Positions 23,680 to 37,200 of a stretch of DNA of 64,000 bases are shown in pieces. Made by a program: the position numbers and the translations under genes. Within the stretch, counting starts at the first letter, position 1, and the number at the start of each line of letters is the position of its first letter. The DNA comes from Eledone cirrhosa (lineage: Eukaryota): the NCBI GenBank assembly GCA_964016885.1, contig OZ024741.1:247194001-247258000 (forward strand), read 5' to 3'. The notes below the pieces were generated by a model that had not been told where the DNA came from, did not search any database, and was given only the letters and a program-made list of their open reading frames with translations.

Positions 23680-26600
23680 TGATTTTTTTTTACAAATTAT
23701 CTACCCCTGATTTTTTTTTACAAATTATCTCCCCCTGATTTTTTTTACAAATTATCTCCCCCTGATTTTTTTTTACAAATTATCTCCCCCTGATTTTTTT
23801 ACAAATTATCTCCCCCTGATTTTTTTTACAAATTATCTCCGCCTGATTTTTTTAAATATTATCTCTCCTTGGCTGGCGGGAAATTATCTCCCCTTGGACT
23901 GCTGGAAATTATCTCCCCTTGGAAGGATGGAAATTATCTCCCCTTGGACGGCTGGAAATTATCTACCCCTGATTTTTTTTACAAATTATCTCCCCCTGAT
24001 TTTTTTTACAAATTATCTCCCCCTGATTTTTTTTACAAATTATCTACCCCTGATTTTTTTTACAAATTATCTCCCCCTGATTTTTTTTACAAATTATCTC
24101 CCCCTGATTTTTTTTTTACAAATTATCTCACCCTGATTTTTTTACAAATTATCTCCCCCTGATTTTTTTTACAAATTATCTCCGCCTGATTTTTTTAAAT
24201 ATTATCTTCCCTTGGCTGGCGGGAAATTATCTCCCCTTGAAGGGCTGAAAATTATCTCCCCTTGGACGGCTGGAAATTATCTCCCCTTGATTTTTTTTAC
24301 AAATTATCTCCCCCTGATTTTTTTTTACAAATTATCTCCCCCTGATTTTTTTTACAAATTATCTCCCCCTGATTTTTTTTTACAAATTATCTGCCGCTGA
24401 TTTTTTTTACAAATTATCTCCCCCTGATTTTTTTACAAATTATCTCCCCTTGGCTGGCTGGAAATTACCTCCCCTTGGAGGCTGGAATTTATCTCCCCTT
24501 GGACGGCTAGAAATTACCTCTCCTTGGACGGCTGGAAAATATGTCTCCTTGGACGGCTGGATATTATCTCCCCTTGGACGGCTGGAAATTATCTCCCCTT
24601 GGACGGCTGGAAATTATCTCCCCTTGGACGGATAGATATTACCTCCCCTTGGACGGCTGGAAATTATCTCCCCTTGGACGGCTGGAAATTATCTCCCCAT
24701 GGACGGCTGGAAATTATCTCCCCTTGGACGGCTAGAAATTATCTCTCCTTGGACGGCTGAAAATTATCTCCCCTTGGACGGCTGGAAATTATCTCCCGTT
24801 GGACGGCTGGAAATTATCTCGCCTTGGACGGCTAGAATTTACCTCTCCTTGGACGGCTGAAAATTATCTCCCCTTGGACGGCTGGAAATTATCTCCCCTT
24901 GATTTTTTTTACAAATTATCTCCCCCTGATTTTTTTTACAAATTATCTCCCCCTGATTTTTTTTTACAAATTATCTCCCCCTGATTTTTTTTTACAAATT
25001 ATCTCCCCCTGATTTTTTTTACAAATTATCTCCCCCCTGATTTTTTAACAAATTATCTCCCCTTGGCTGGCTGGAAATTATCTCCCCTTGGAGGCTGGAA
25101 CTTATCTCCCCTTGGACGGCTAGAAATTACCTCTCCTTGGACGGCTGGAAAATATGTCTCCTTGGACGGCTGGATATTATCTCCCCTTGGACGGCTGGAA
25201 ATTATCTCCCCTTGGACGGCTGGAAATTATCTCCCCTTGGATGGCTAGATATTACCTCCCCTTGGACGGCTGGAAATTATCTCCCTTTGATTTTTTTTAC
25301 AAATTATCTCCCCCTGATTTTTTTTTACAAATTATCTCCCCCTGATTTTTTTTTACAAATTATCTACCCCTGATTTTTTTTTACAAATTATCTCCCCCTG
25401 ATTTTTTTTACAAATTATCTCCCCCTGATTTTTTTTTACAAATTATCTCCCCCTGATTTTTTTACAAATTATCTCCCCCTGATTTTTTTTACAAATTATC
25501 TCCGCCTGATTTTTTTAAATATTATCTCTCCTTGGCTGGCGGGAAATTATCTCCCCTTGGACGGCTGGAAATTATCTCCCCTTGGAAGGATGGAAATTAT
25601 CTCCCCTTGGACGGCTGGAAATTATCTACCCCTGATTTTTTTTACAAATTATCTCCCCCTGATTTTTTTTACAAATTATCTCCCCCTGATTTTTTTTACA
25701 AATTATCTACCCCTGATTTTTTTTACAAATTATCTCCCCCTGATTTTTTTTACAAATTATCTCCCCCTGATTTTTTTTTTACAAATTATCTCACCCTGAT
25801 TTTTTTACAAATTATCTCCTCCTGATTTTTTTTACAAATTATCTCCGCCTGATTTTTTTAAATATTATCTTCCCTTGGCTGGCGGGAAATTATCTCCCCT
25901 TGAAGGGCTGAAAATTATCTCCCCTTGGACGGCTGGAAATTATCTCCCCTTGATTTTTTTTACAAATTATCTCCCCCTGATTTTTTTTTACAAATTATCT
26001 CCCCCTGATTTTTTTTACAAATTATCTCCCCCTGATTTTTTTTTACAAATTATCTGCCGCTGATTTTTTTTACAAATTATCTCCCCCTGATTTTTTTACA
26101 AATTATCTCCCCTTGGCTGGCTGGAAATTACCTCCCCTTGGAGGCTGGAATTTATCTCCCCTTGGACGGCTAGAAATTACCTCTCCTTGGACGGCTGGAA
26201 AATATGTCTCCTTGGACGGCTGGATATTATCTCCCCTTGGACGGCTGGAAATTATCTCCCCTTGGACGGCTGGAAATTATCTCCCCTTGGACGGATAGAT
26301 ATTACCTCCCCTTGGACGGCTGGAAATTATCTCCCCTTGGACGGCTGGAAATTATCTCCCCATGGACGGCTGGAAATTATCTCCCCTTGGACGGCTAGAA
26401 ATTATCTCTCCTTGGACGGCTGAAAATTATCTCCCCTTGGACGGCTGGAAATTATCTCCCGTTGGACGGCTGGAAATTATCTCGCCTTGGACGGCTAGAA
26501 TTTACCTCTCCTTGGACGGCTGAAAATTATCTCCCCTTGGACGGCTGGAAATTATCTCCCCTTGATTTTTTTTACAAATTATCTCCCCCTGATTTTTTTT

Positions 26601-27005
26601 TACAAATTATCTCCCCCTGATTTTTTTTTACAAATTATCTCCCCCTGATTTTTTTTTACAAATTATCTCCCCCTGATTTTTTTTACAAATTATCTCCCCC
26701 CTGATTTTTTAACAAATTATCTCCCCTTGGCTGGCTGGAAATTATCTCCCCTTGGAGGCTGGAACTTATCTCCCCTTGGACGGCTAGAAATTACCTCTCC
26801 TTGGACGGCTGGAAAATATGTCTCCTTGGACGGCTGGATATTATCTCCCCTTGGACGGCTGGAAATTATCTCCCCTTGGACGGCTGGAAATTATCTCCCC
26901 TTGGATGGCTAGATATTACCTCCCCTTGGACGGCTGGAAATTATCTCCCTTTGATTTTTTTTACAAATTATCTCCCCCTGATTTTTTTTTACAAATTATC
27001 TCCCC
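23680..27005. repeat. Second copy of the tandem 1,663-bp module pair
   Basis: CTGCCGCTGA at 24391 and 26054. ORF pairs 23869/25532 and 24450/26113. Confidence 0.93.
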
Positions 27006-30000
27006 CTGATTTTTTTTTACAAATTATCTCCCCCTGATTTTTGTTTACAAATTATCTCCGCCTGATTTTTTTTAAAAAATTATCTCCCCTTGGACGGCTG
27101 GAAATTATCTCCCCTTGGACGGCTAGAAATTACCTCTCCTTGGACGGCTGAAAATTATCTCCCCTTGGACGGCTGGAAATTATCTCCCCTTGATTTTTTT
27201 ACAAATTATCTCCCCCTGATTTTTTTTTTACAAATTATCTCCCCCTGATTTTTTTTTACAAATTATCTACCCCTGATTTTTTTTTACAAATTATCTCCCC
27301 CTGATTTTTTTTACAAATTATCTCCCCCTGATTTTTTTTTACAAATTATCTCCCCCTGATTTTTTTACAAATTATCTCCCCCTGATTTTTTTTACAAATT
27401 ATCTCCGCCTGATTTTTTTAAATATTATCTCTCCTTGGCTGGCGGGAAATTATCTCCCCTTGGACGGCTGGAAATTATCTCCCCTTGGAAGGATGGAAAT
27501 TATCTCCCCTTGGACGGCTAGAAATTATCTCTCTTTGGACGGCTGGAAATTATCACCCCTTGAGTTTTTTACAAATTATCTCCCCCTGATTTTTTTTACA
27601 AATCTCCCAGTGATTTTTAAAAAAAAATTATCTCCCCTTCGCTGGCTGGAAATTATCTCCCCTTGGACGCTGGAAATTATAGCCCCTTGGAGGGCTTGAA
27701 ATTATCTTCCCTTGGACGGCTGGAAATTATCTCCCCTTGATTTTTTTTTACAAATTATCTCCCCCTGATTTTTTTTTACAAATTATCTCCCCCTGATTTT
27801 TTTTTACAACTTATCTGCGCCTGATTTTTTTAAAAAAATTATCTCCCCTTGGACGGCTGGAAATTATCTCCCCTTGGACGGCTGGAAATTATCTCTCCTT
27901 GGACGGCTAGAATTTACCTCTCCTTGGACGGCTGAAAATTATCTCCCCTTGGACGGCTGGAAATTATCTCCCCTTGATTTTTTTTACAAATTATCTCCCC
28001 CGGATTTTTTTTTACGAATTATCTCCCCCTGATTTTTTTTTACAAATTATCTCCCCCTGATTTTTTTTTACAAATTATCTCCCCCTGATTTTTTTACAAA
28101 TTATCTCCCCTTGGCTGGCTGGAAATTATCTCCCCTAGGAGGCTGGAACTTATCTCCCCTTGGACGGCTAGAAATTACCTCTCTTTGGACGGCTGGAAAA
28201 TATGTCTCCTTGGACGGCTGGATATTATCTCCCCTTGGACGGCTGGAAATTATCTCCCCTTGGACGGCTGGAAATTATCTCCCCTTGGATGGCTAGATAT
28301 TACCTCCCCTTGGATGGCTGGAAATTATCTCCCCTTGATTTTTTTTACAAATTATCTCCCCCTGATTTTTTTTTACAAATTATCTCCCCCGATTTTTTTT
28401 TACAAATTATCTCCCCCTGATTTTTTTTTACAAATTATCTCCCCCTGATTTTTGTTTACAAATTATCTCCCCTTGGACGGCTGGAAATTATCTCCCCTTG
28501 GACGGCTAGAAATTACCTCTCCTTGGACGGCTGAAAATTATCCTCCCTTGGACGGCTGGAAATTATCTCCCCTTGATTTTTTTACAAATTATCTCCCCCT
28601 GATTTTTTTTTTACAAATTATCTCACCCTGATTTTTTTTACAAATTATCTACCCCTGATTTTTTTTTACAAATTATCTCCCCCTGATTTTTTTTACAAAT
28701 TATCTCCCACTGATTTTTTTTTTACAAATTATCTCCCCCTGATTTTTTTACAAATTATCTCCCCCTGATTTTTTTTACAAATTATATCCGCCTGATTTTT
28801 TTAAATATTATCTCTCCTTGGCTGGCGGGAAATTATCTCCCCTTGGACGGCTGGAAATTATCTACCCCTGATTTTTTTTACAAATTATCTCCCCCTGATT
28901 TTTTTTACAAATTATCTCCCCCTGATTTTTTTTTTACAAATTATCTCCCCCTGATTTTTTTACAAATTATCTCCCCCTGATTTTTTTTGCAAATTATCTC
29001 CGCCTGATTTTTTAAAATATTATCTTACCTTGGCTGGCGGGAAATTATCTCCCCTTGGACGGCTGAAAATTATCTCCCCTTGGACGGCTGGAAATTATCT
29101 CCCCTTGATTTTTTTTACAAATTATCTCCCCCTGATTTTTTTTTACAAATTATCTCCCCCTGATTTTTTTTACAAATTATCTCCCCCCTGATTTTTTTAC
29201 AAATTATCTCCCCTTGGCTGGCTGGAAATTATCTCCCCTTGGAGGCTGGAACTTATCTCCCCTTGGACGGCTAGAAATTACCTCTCCTTGGACGGCTGGA
29301 AAATATGTCTCCTTGGACGGCTGGATATTATCTCCCCTTGGACGGCTGGAAATTATCTCCCCTTGGACGGCTGGAAATTATCTCCCCTTGGATGGCTAGA
29401 TATTACCTCCCCTTGGACGGCTGGAAATTATCTCCCTTTGATTTTTTTTACAAATTATCTCCCCCTGATTTTTTTTTACAAATTATCTCCCCCTGATTTT
29501 TTTTTACAAATTATCTCCCCCTGATTTTTGTTTACAAATTATCTCCGCCTGATTTTTTTTAAAAAATTATCTCCCCTTGGACGGCTGGAAATTATCTCCC
29601 CTTGGACGGCTAGAAATTACCTCTCCTTGGACGGCTGAAAATTATCTCCCCTTGGACGGCTGGAAATTATCTCCCCTTGATTTTTTTACAAATTATCTCC
29701 CCCTGATTTTTTTTTTACAAATTATCTCCCCCTGATTTTTTTTTACAAATTATCTACCCCTGATTTTTTTTTGCAAATTATCTCCCCCTGATTTTTTTTA
29801 CAAATTATCTCCCCCTGATTTTTTTTTACAAATTATCTCCCCCTGATTTTTTTACAAATTATCTCCCCCTGATTTTTTTTACAAATTATCTCCGCCTGAT
29901 TTTTTTAAATATTATCTCTCCTTGGCTGGCGGGAAATTATCTCCCCTTGGACGGCTGGAAATTATCTCCCCTTGGAAGGATGGAAATTATCTCCCCTTGG

Positions 30001-30999
30001 ACGGCTAGAAATTATCTCTCTTTGGACGGCTGGAAATTATCACCCCTTGAGTTTTTTACAAATTATCTCCCCCTGATTTTTTTTACAAATCTCCCAGTGA
30101 TTTTTTAAAAAAAATTATCTCCCCTTCGCTGGCTGGAAATTATCTCCCCTTGGACGCTGGAAATTATAGCACCTTGGAGGGCTGGAAATTATCTTCCCTT
30201 GGACGGCTGGAAATTATCTCCCCTTGATTTTTTTTACAAATTATCTCCTCCTGATTTTTTTTTACAAATTATCTCCCCCTGATTTTTTTTTACAACTTAT
30301 CTGCGCCTGATTTTTTTAAAAAAATTATCTCCCCTTGGACGGCTGGAAATTATCTCCCCTTGGACGGCTGGAAATTATCTCTCCTTGGACGGCTAGAATT
30401 TACCTCTCCTTGGACGGCTGAAAATTATCTCCCCTTGGACGGCTGGAAATTATCTCCCCTTGATTTTTTTTACAAATTATCTCCCCCTGATTTTTTTTTA
30501 CAAATTATCTCCCCCTGATTTTTTTTACAAATTATCTCCCCCTGATTTTTTTTTACAAATTATCACCCCCTGATTTTTTTTTACAAATTATCTCCCCCGG
30601 ATTTTTTTACAAATTAGCTCCCCTTGGCTGGCTGGAAATTATCTCCCCTTGGACACTGGAAATTATAGCCCCTTGGAGGGCTGGAAATTATCTTCCCTTG
30701 GACGGCTGGAAATTATCTCCCCTTGATTTTTTTTACAAATTATCTCCCCCTGATTTTTTTTTACAAATTATCTCCCCCTGATTTTTTTTTACAAATTATC
30801 ACCCCCTGATTTTTTTTTACAAATTATCTCCCCCGGATTTTTTTACAAATTATCTCCCCTTGGCTGGCTGGAAATTATCTCCCCTTGGAGGCTGGAACTT
30901 ATGTCCCCTTGGACGGCTAGAAATTACCTCTCCTTGGACGGCTGGAAAATATGTCTCCTTGGACGGCTGGATATTATCTCCCCTTGGACGGCTGGAAAT

Positions 31000-33900
31000 T
31001 ATCTCCCCTTGGACGGCTGGAAATTATCTCCCCTTGATTTTTTTACAAATTATCTCCCCCTGATTTTTTTTTTACAAATTATCTACCCCTGATTTTTTTT
31101 TTACAAATTATCTCCCCCTGATTTTTTTACAAATTATCTCCCCCTAATTTTTTTTACAAATTATCTCCGCCTGATTTTTTTAAATATTATCTCTCCTTGG
31201 CTGGCGGGAAATTATCTCCCCTTGGACGGCTGGAAATTATCTCCCCTTGGAAGGATGGAAATTATCTCCCCTTGGACGGCTGGAAATTATCTACCCCTGA
31301 TTTTTTTTACAAATTATCTCCCCCTGATTTTTTTTACAAATTATCTCCCCCTGATTTTTTTTTTACAAATTATCTACCCCTGATTTTTTTTACAAATTAT
31401 CTCCCCCTGATTTTTTTACAAATTGTCTCCCCCTGATTTTTTTTACAAATTATCTCCCCCTGATTGTTTTACAAATTATCTCCCCCTGATTTTTTTTACA
31501 AATTATCTCCGCCTGATTTTTTTAAATATTATCTTCCCTTGGCTGGCGGGAAATTATCTCCCCTTGGAAGGATGGAAATTATCTCCCCTTGGACGGCTGG
31601 AAATTATCTCCCCTTGCACTGCTGGAAATTATCTCCCCTTGGACGACTGGAAATTATCTGCCCTTGATTTTGTTTTTACAAATTATCTTCCCCTCATTTT
31701 TTTTACAAATTATCTCCACCTGATTTTTTAAAAAATTATCTCCCCTTGGACGGCTGGAAATTATCTCCCCTTGGCTGGAAATTATCTCCCCTTGGACGGC
31801 TAGAAATTATCTCTCTTTGGACGGCTGGAAATTATCTCCCCTTGATTTTTTTTACAAATTATCTCCCCCTGATTTTTTTTACAAATCTCCCAGTGATTTT
31901 TAAAAAAAAATTATCTTCCTTTCGCTGGTTGGAAATTATCTCCCCTTGGACGCTGGAAATTATAGCCCCTTGGAGGGCTGGAAATTATCTTCCCTTGGAC
32001 GGCTGGAAATTATCTCCCCTTGATTTTTTTACATTTTATCTCCCCCTGATTTTTTTTTACAAATTATCTCCCCGATTTTTTTTTACAAATTATCTCCGCC
32101 TGATTTTTTTAAAAAAATTATCTTCCCTTGGACGGCTGGAAATTATCTCCCCTTGGACGGCTGGAAATTATCTCGCCTTGGACGGCTAGAAATTACCTCT
32201 CCTTGGACGGCTGAAAATTATCTCCCCTTGGACGCTGGAAATTATAGCCCCTTGGAGGGCTGGAAATTATGTCCCCTTGATTTTTTTTACAAATTATCTC
32301 CCCCTGATTTTTTTTTACAAATTATCTCCCCCTGATTTTTTTTTTACAAATTATCTCCCCCTGATTTTTTTTTACAAATTATCTCCCCCTGATTTTTTTA
32401 CAAATTATCTCCCCTTGGCTGGCTGTAAATTATCTCCCCTTGGAGGCTGGAATTTATCTCCCCTTGGACGGCTGGAAATAATCTCCCCTTGGACGGCTAG
32501 AAATTACCTCTCCTTGGACGGCTGGAAATTATCTCCCCTTGAACGGCTGGAAATTATCTCCCCTTGGACGGCTGGAAATTATCTCCCCTTGGACGGCTGG
32601 AAATTATCTCCCCTTGGACGGCTAGAAATTACCTCTCCTTGGACGGCTGGAAATTATCTCCACTTGGACGGCTGGAAATTATCTCCCCTTCGCTGGCTGG
32701 AAATCATCTCCCTTTGGACGGCTGGAAATTATAGCTGCTTGTAGGGCTGGAAATTATCTCCCCTTGGACGGCTGGAAATTATCTCCCCTTGATTTATTTT
32801 ACTAATTATCTCCCCCTGATTTTTTTTACAAATTATCTCCGCCTGATTTTTTTTTTAAAATTATCTCCCCTTGGCTGGATGGAAATTATCTCCCCTTGGA
32901 CGGCTGGAAATTATCTCCCCTTGGAGCCTAGAAATTACCTCTCCTTGGACAGCTGTAAATTATCTCCCCTTGGACGGCTGGAAATTATCTCGCCTTGGAC
33001 GGCTGGAAATTATCTCCCCTTGATTTTGTATACAAATTATCTCCCCCTGATTTTTTTTTACAAATTATCTGCCCCTGATTATATTTTTACAAATTAGCTC
33101 CGCCTGATTTTTTTAAAAAATTATCTCCCCTTGGACGGCTGGAAATTATCTCCCCTTGGACGGCTGGAAATTATCTCCCCTTGAACGGCTAGAAATTACC
33201 TCTCCTTGGAGGGCTGGAAATTATCATCCCTTGGACGGCTGGAAATTATCTCCCCTTGATTTTTTTTACAAATTATCTCCCCTTGGACGGCTGGAAATTA
33301 TCTCCCCTTGGACGGCTGGAAATTATCTCCCCTTGGACGGCTAGAAATTACCTCTCCTTGGACGGCTGAAAATTATCTCCCCTTGGACGGCTGGAAATTA
33401 TCTCCCCTTGATTTTTTTTTACAAATTATCTCCCCCTGATTTTTTTTACAAATTATCTACCCCTGATTTTTTTTACAAATTATCTCCCCCTGATTTTTTT
33501 TACAAATTATCTCCCCCTGATTTTTTTTACAAATTATCTCCACCTGATTTTTTTTTACAAATTATCTCCCCCTGATTTTTTTACAAATTATCTCCCCCTG
33601 TTTTTTTTACAAATTATCTCCGCCTGATTTTTTTAAATATTATCTTCCCTTGGCTGGCGGGAAATTATCTCCCCTTGGACGGCTGAAAATTATCTCCCCT
33701 TGGACGGCTGGAAATTATCTCCCCTTGATTTTTTTTACAAATTAACTCCCCCTGATTTTTTCTTACAAATTATCTCCCCCTGATTTTTTTACAAATTATC
33801 TCCCCCTGATTTTTTTTTACAAATTGTCTCCCCCTGATTTTTTTTACAAATTATCTCCCTCTGATTTTTTTACAAATTATCTCCCCTTGGCTGGCTGGAA

Positions 33901-36900
33901 ATTATCTCCCCTTGGACGGCTAGAAATTACCTCTCCTTGGACGGCTGGAAAATATGTCTCCTTGGACGGCTGGATATTATCTCCCCTTGGACGGCTGGAA
34001 ATTATCTCCCCTTGGACGGCTGGAAATTATCTCCCGTTGATTTTTTTACAAATTATCTCCCCCTGATTTATTTTACAAATCTCCCAATTTTAAAAAAAAA
34101 ATTATCTCCCCTTCGCTGGCTGGAAATTATCTCCCCTTGGACGCTGGAAATTATAGCCCCTTGGAGGGCTGGAAATTATCTTCCCTTGGACGGCTGGAAA
34201 TTATCTCCCCTTGATTTTTTTTACAAATTATCTCCCCCTGATTTTTTTTACAAATTATCTCCCCCTGATTTTTTTTACAAATTATCTACCCCTGATTTTT
34301 TTTACAAATTATCTCCCCCTGATTTTTTTTTACAAATTATCTCCCCCTGATTTTTTTTTACAAATTATCTCCCCCTGATTTTTTTACAAATTATCTCCCC
34401 CTGATTTTTTTTACAATCTCCGCCTGATTTTTTTAAAAATTATCTTCCCTTGGCTGGCTGGAAATTATCTCCCCTTGGACACTGGAAATTATAGCCCCTT
34501 GGAGGGCTGGAAATTATCTTCCCTTGGACGGCTGGAAATTATCTCCCCTTGATTTTTTTTACAAATTATCTCCGCCTGATTTTTTTTTACAAATTATCTC
34601 CCCCTGATTTTTTTTTACACATTATCTACCCCTGATTTTTTTTTACAAATTATCTCCCCCTGATTTTTTTTACAAATTATCTCCCCCTGATTTTTCTTTT
34701 ACAAATTATCTCCCCCTGATTTTTTTACAAATTATCTCCCCCTGATTTTTTTTACAAATTATCTCCGCCTGATTTTTTTAAATATTATCTTCCCTTGGCT
34801 GGCGGGAAATTATCTCCCCTTGGACGGCTGGAAATTATCTGCCCTTGATTTTCTTTTTACAAATTATCTTCCACTGATTTTTTTTACAAATAATCTCCAC
34901 CTGATTTTATAAAAAATTATCTCCCCTTGGAAGGCTGGAAATTATCTCCCCTTGGACGGCTGGAAATTATCTCCCCTTGGACGGCTAGAAATTATCTCTC
35001 CTTGGACGGCTGAAAATTATCTCCCCTTGGACGGCTGCAAATTATCTCCCCTTGATTTTTTTTACAAATTTTCTCCCCCTGATTTTTTTTACAAATTATC
35101 TCCCCCTGATTTTTTTACAAATTATCTCCCCCTGATTTTTTTTTACAAATTATCTCCCCCTGATTTTTTTTTACAAATTATCTCCCCCTGATTTTTTTTT
35201 TACAAATTATCTCCCCCTGATTTTTTTACAAATTATCTCCCCCTGATTTTTTTTACAATCTCCGCCTGATTTTTTTAAAAATTATCTTCCCTTGGCTGGC
35301 GGGAAATTATCTCCCCTTGGACGGCTGGAAATTATCTCCCCTTGGAAGGATGGAAATTATCTCCCCTCGGACGGCTGGAAATTATCTCCCCTTGCACGGC
35401 TGGAAATTATCTCCCCTTGGCTGGAAATTATCTCCCCTTGGACGGCTAGAAATTATCTCTCTTTGGACGGCTGCAAATTATCTCCCTTTGATTTTTTTTA
35501 CAAATTATCTCCCTCTGATTTTTTTTACAAATCTCCCCCTGATTTTTTTAAAAAAATTATCTCCCCTTCGCTGGCTGGAAATTATCTTCCCTTGGACGGC
35601 TGGAAATTATCTCCCCTTGATTTTTTTTACAAATTATCTCCGCCTGATTTTTTTTAAAAATTATCTCTCCTTGGACGGCTGGAAATTATCTCCCCTTGAT
35701 TTTTTTACAAATTATCTCCCCCTGATTTTTTTTTACAAATTATCTCCCCCTGATTTTTTTTTACAAATTATCTACCCCTGATTTTTTTTTACAAATTATC
35801 TCCCCCTGATTTTTTTTTACAAATTATCTACCCCTGATTTTTTTTACAAATTATCTCCCCCTGATTTTTTTTACAAATTATCTCCCCCTGATTTTTTTTT
35901 TACAAATTATCTCCCCCTGATTTTTTTTACAAATTATCTCCCCCTGATTTTTTTTACAAATTATCTCCGCCGGATTTTTTTAAATATTATCTTCCCTTGG
36001 CTGGCGGGAAATTATCTCCCCTTGGACGGCTGAAAATTATCTCCCCTTGGACGGCTGGAAATTATCTCCCCTTGATTTTTTTTACAAATTATCTCCCCCT
36101 GATTTTTTTTTACAAATTATCTCCCCCTGATTTTTTTTACAAATTATCTCCCCCTGATTTTTTTTTACAAATTATCTCCCCCTGATTTTTTTTACAAATT
36201 ATCTCCCCCTGATTTTTTTACAAATTATCTCCCCCTGATTTTTTTTACAAATTATCTCCGCCTGATTTTTTTAAATATTATCTTCCCTTGGCTGGCGGGA
36301 AATTATCTCCCCTTGGACGGCTGGAAATTATCTACCCTTGATTTTCTTTTTACAAATTATCTTCCACTGATTTTTTTTACAAATTATCTCCACCTGATTT
36401 TTTAAAAAATTATCTCCCCTTGGAAGGCTGGAAATTATCTCCCCTTGGCTGGAAATTATCTCCCCTTGGACGGCTAGAAATTATCTCTCTTTGGACGGCT
36501 GAAAATTATCTCCCCTTGGACGGCTGGAAATTATCTCCCCTTGATTTTTTTTACAAATTATCTCCCCCTGATTTTTTTTTACAAATTATCTCCCCCTGAT
36601 TTTTTTTACAAATTATCTCCCCCTGATTTTTTTTTACAAATTATCTCCCCCTGATTTTTTTTACAAATTATCTCCCTCTGATTTTTTTACAAATTATCTC
36701 CCCTTGGCTGGCTGGAAATTATCTCCCCTTGGACGGCTAGAAATTACCTCTCCTTGGACGGCTGGAAAATATGTCTCCTTGGACGGCTGGATATTATCTC
36801 CCCTTGGACGGCTGGAAATTATCTCCCCTTGGACGGCTGGAAATTATCTCCCCTTGGACGGATATATATTACCTCCCCTTGGACGGCTGGAAATTATCTC

Positions 36901-37200
36901 CCCTTGATTTTTTTACAAATTATCTCCCCCTGATTTATTTTACAAATCTCCCAATGATTTTTAAAAAAAAATTATCTCCCCTTCGCTGGCTGGAAATTAT
37001 CTCCCCTTGGACGCTGGAAATTATAGCCCCTTGGAGGGCTGGAAATTATCTTCCCTTGGACGGCTGGAAATTATCTCCCCTTGATTTTTTTTACAAATTA
37101 TCTCCCCCTGATTTTTTTTACAAATTATCTCCCCCTGATTTTTTTTACAAATTATCTACCCCTGATTTTTTTTACAAATTACCTCCCCCTGATTTTTTTT
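31000..37200. repeat. Variant-rich (more diverged) segment specific to the 13.7-kb HOR; other copies at about 44.7-51.0 kb and 58.5-64 kb
   Basis: Carries many monomer variants I did not see left of 31 kb: TTGCACTGC, GGACGACTGG, GGCTGTAAA, AAATCATCT, ATAGCTGCTTGTAGGG, GGAGCCTAG, GATTTTGTATAC, ATCATCCC, GGCTGCAAA. Confidence 0.85.

Larger units (their letters stand above)
7600..31000. repeat. Middle domain with a ~12.64-kb higher-order repeat (about 7.6-18.4 kb repeated at about 20.3-31.0 kb) and a ~6.3-kb sub-period
   Basis: Matching ORF starts are offset by 12,690 (7708/20398, 8441/21131), 12,664 (9096/21760) and 12,640 (10600/23240, 11229/23869, 14087/26727, 16574/29214, 18220/30860). Marker ATTAATTATC at 8971/21661. 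CCTAGG at 9119, 15493, 21783 and 28134. Confidence 0.93.
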
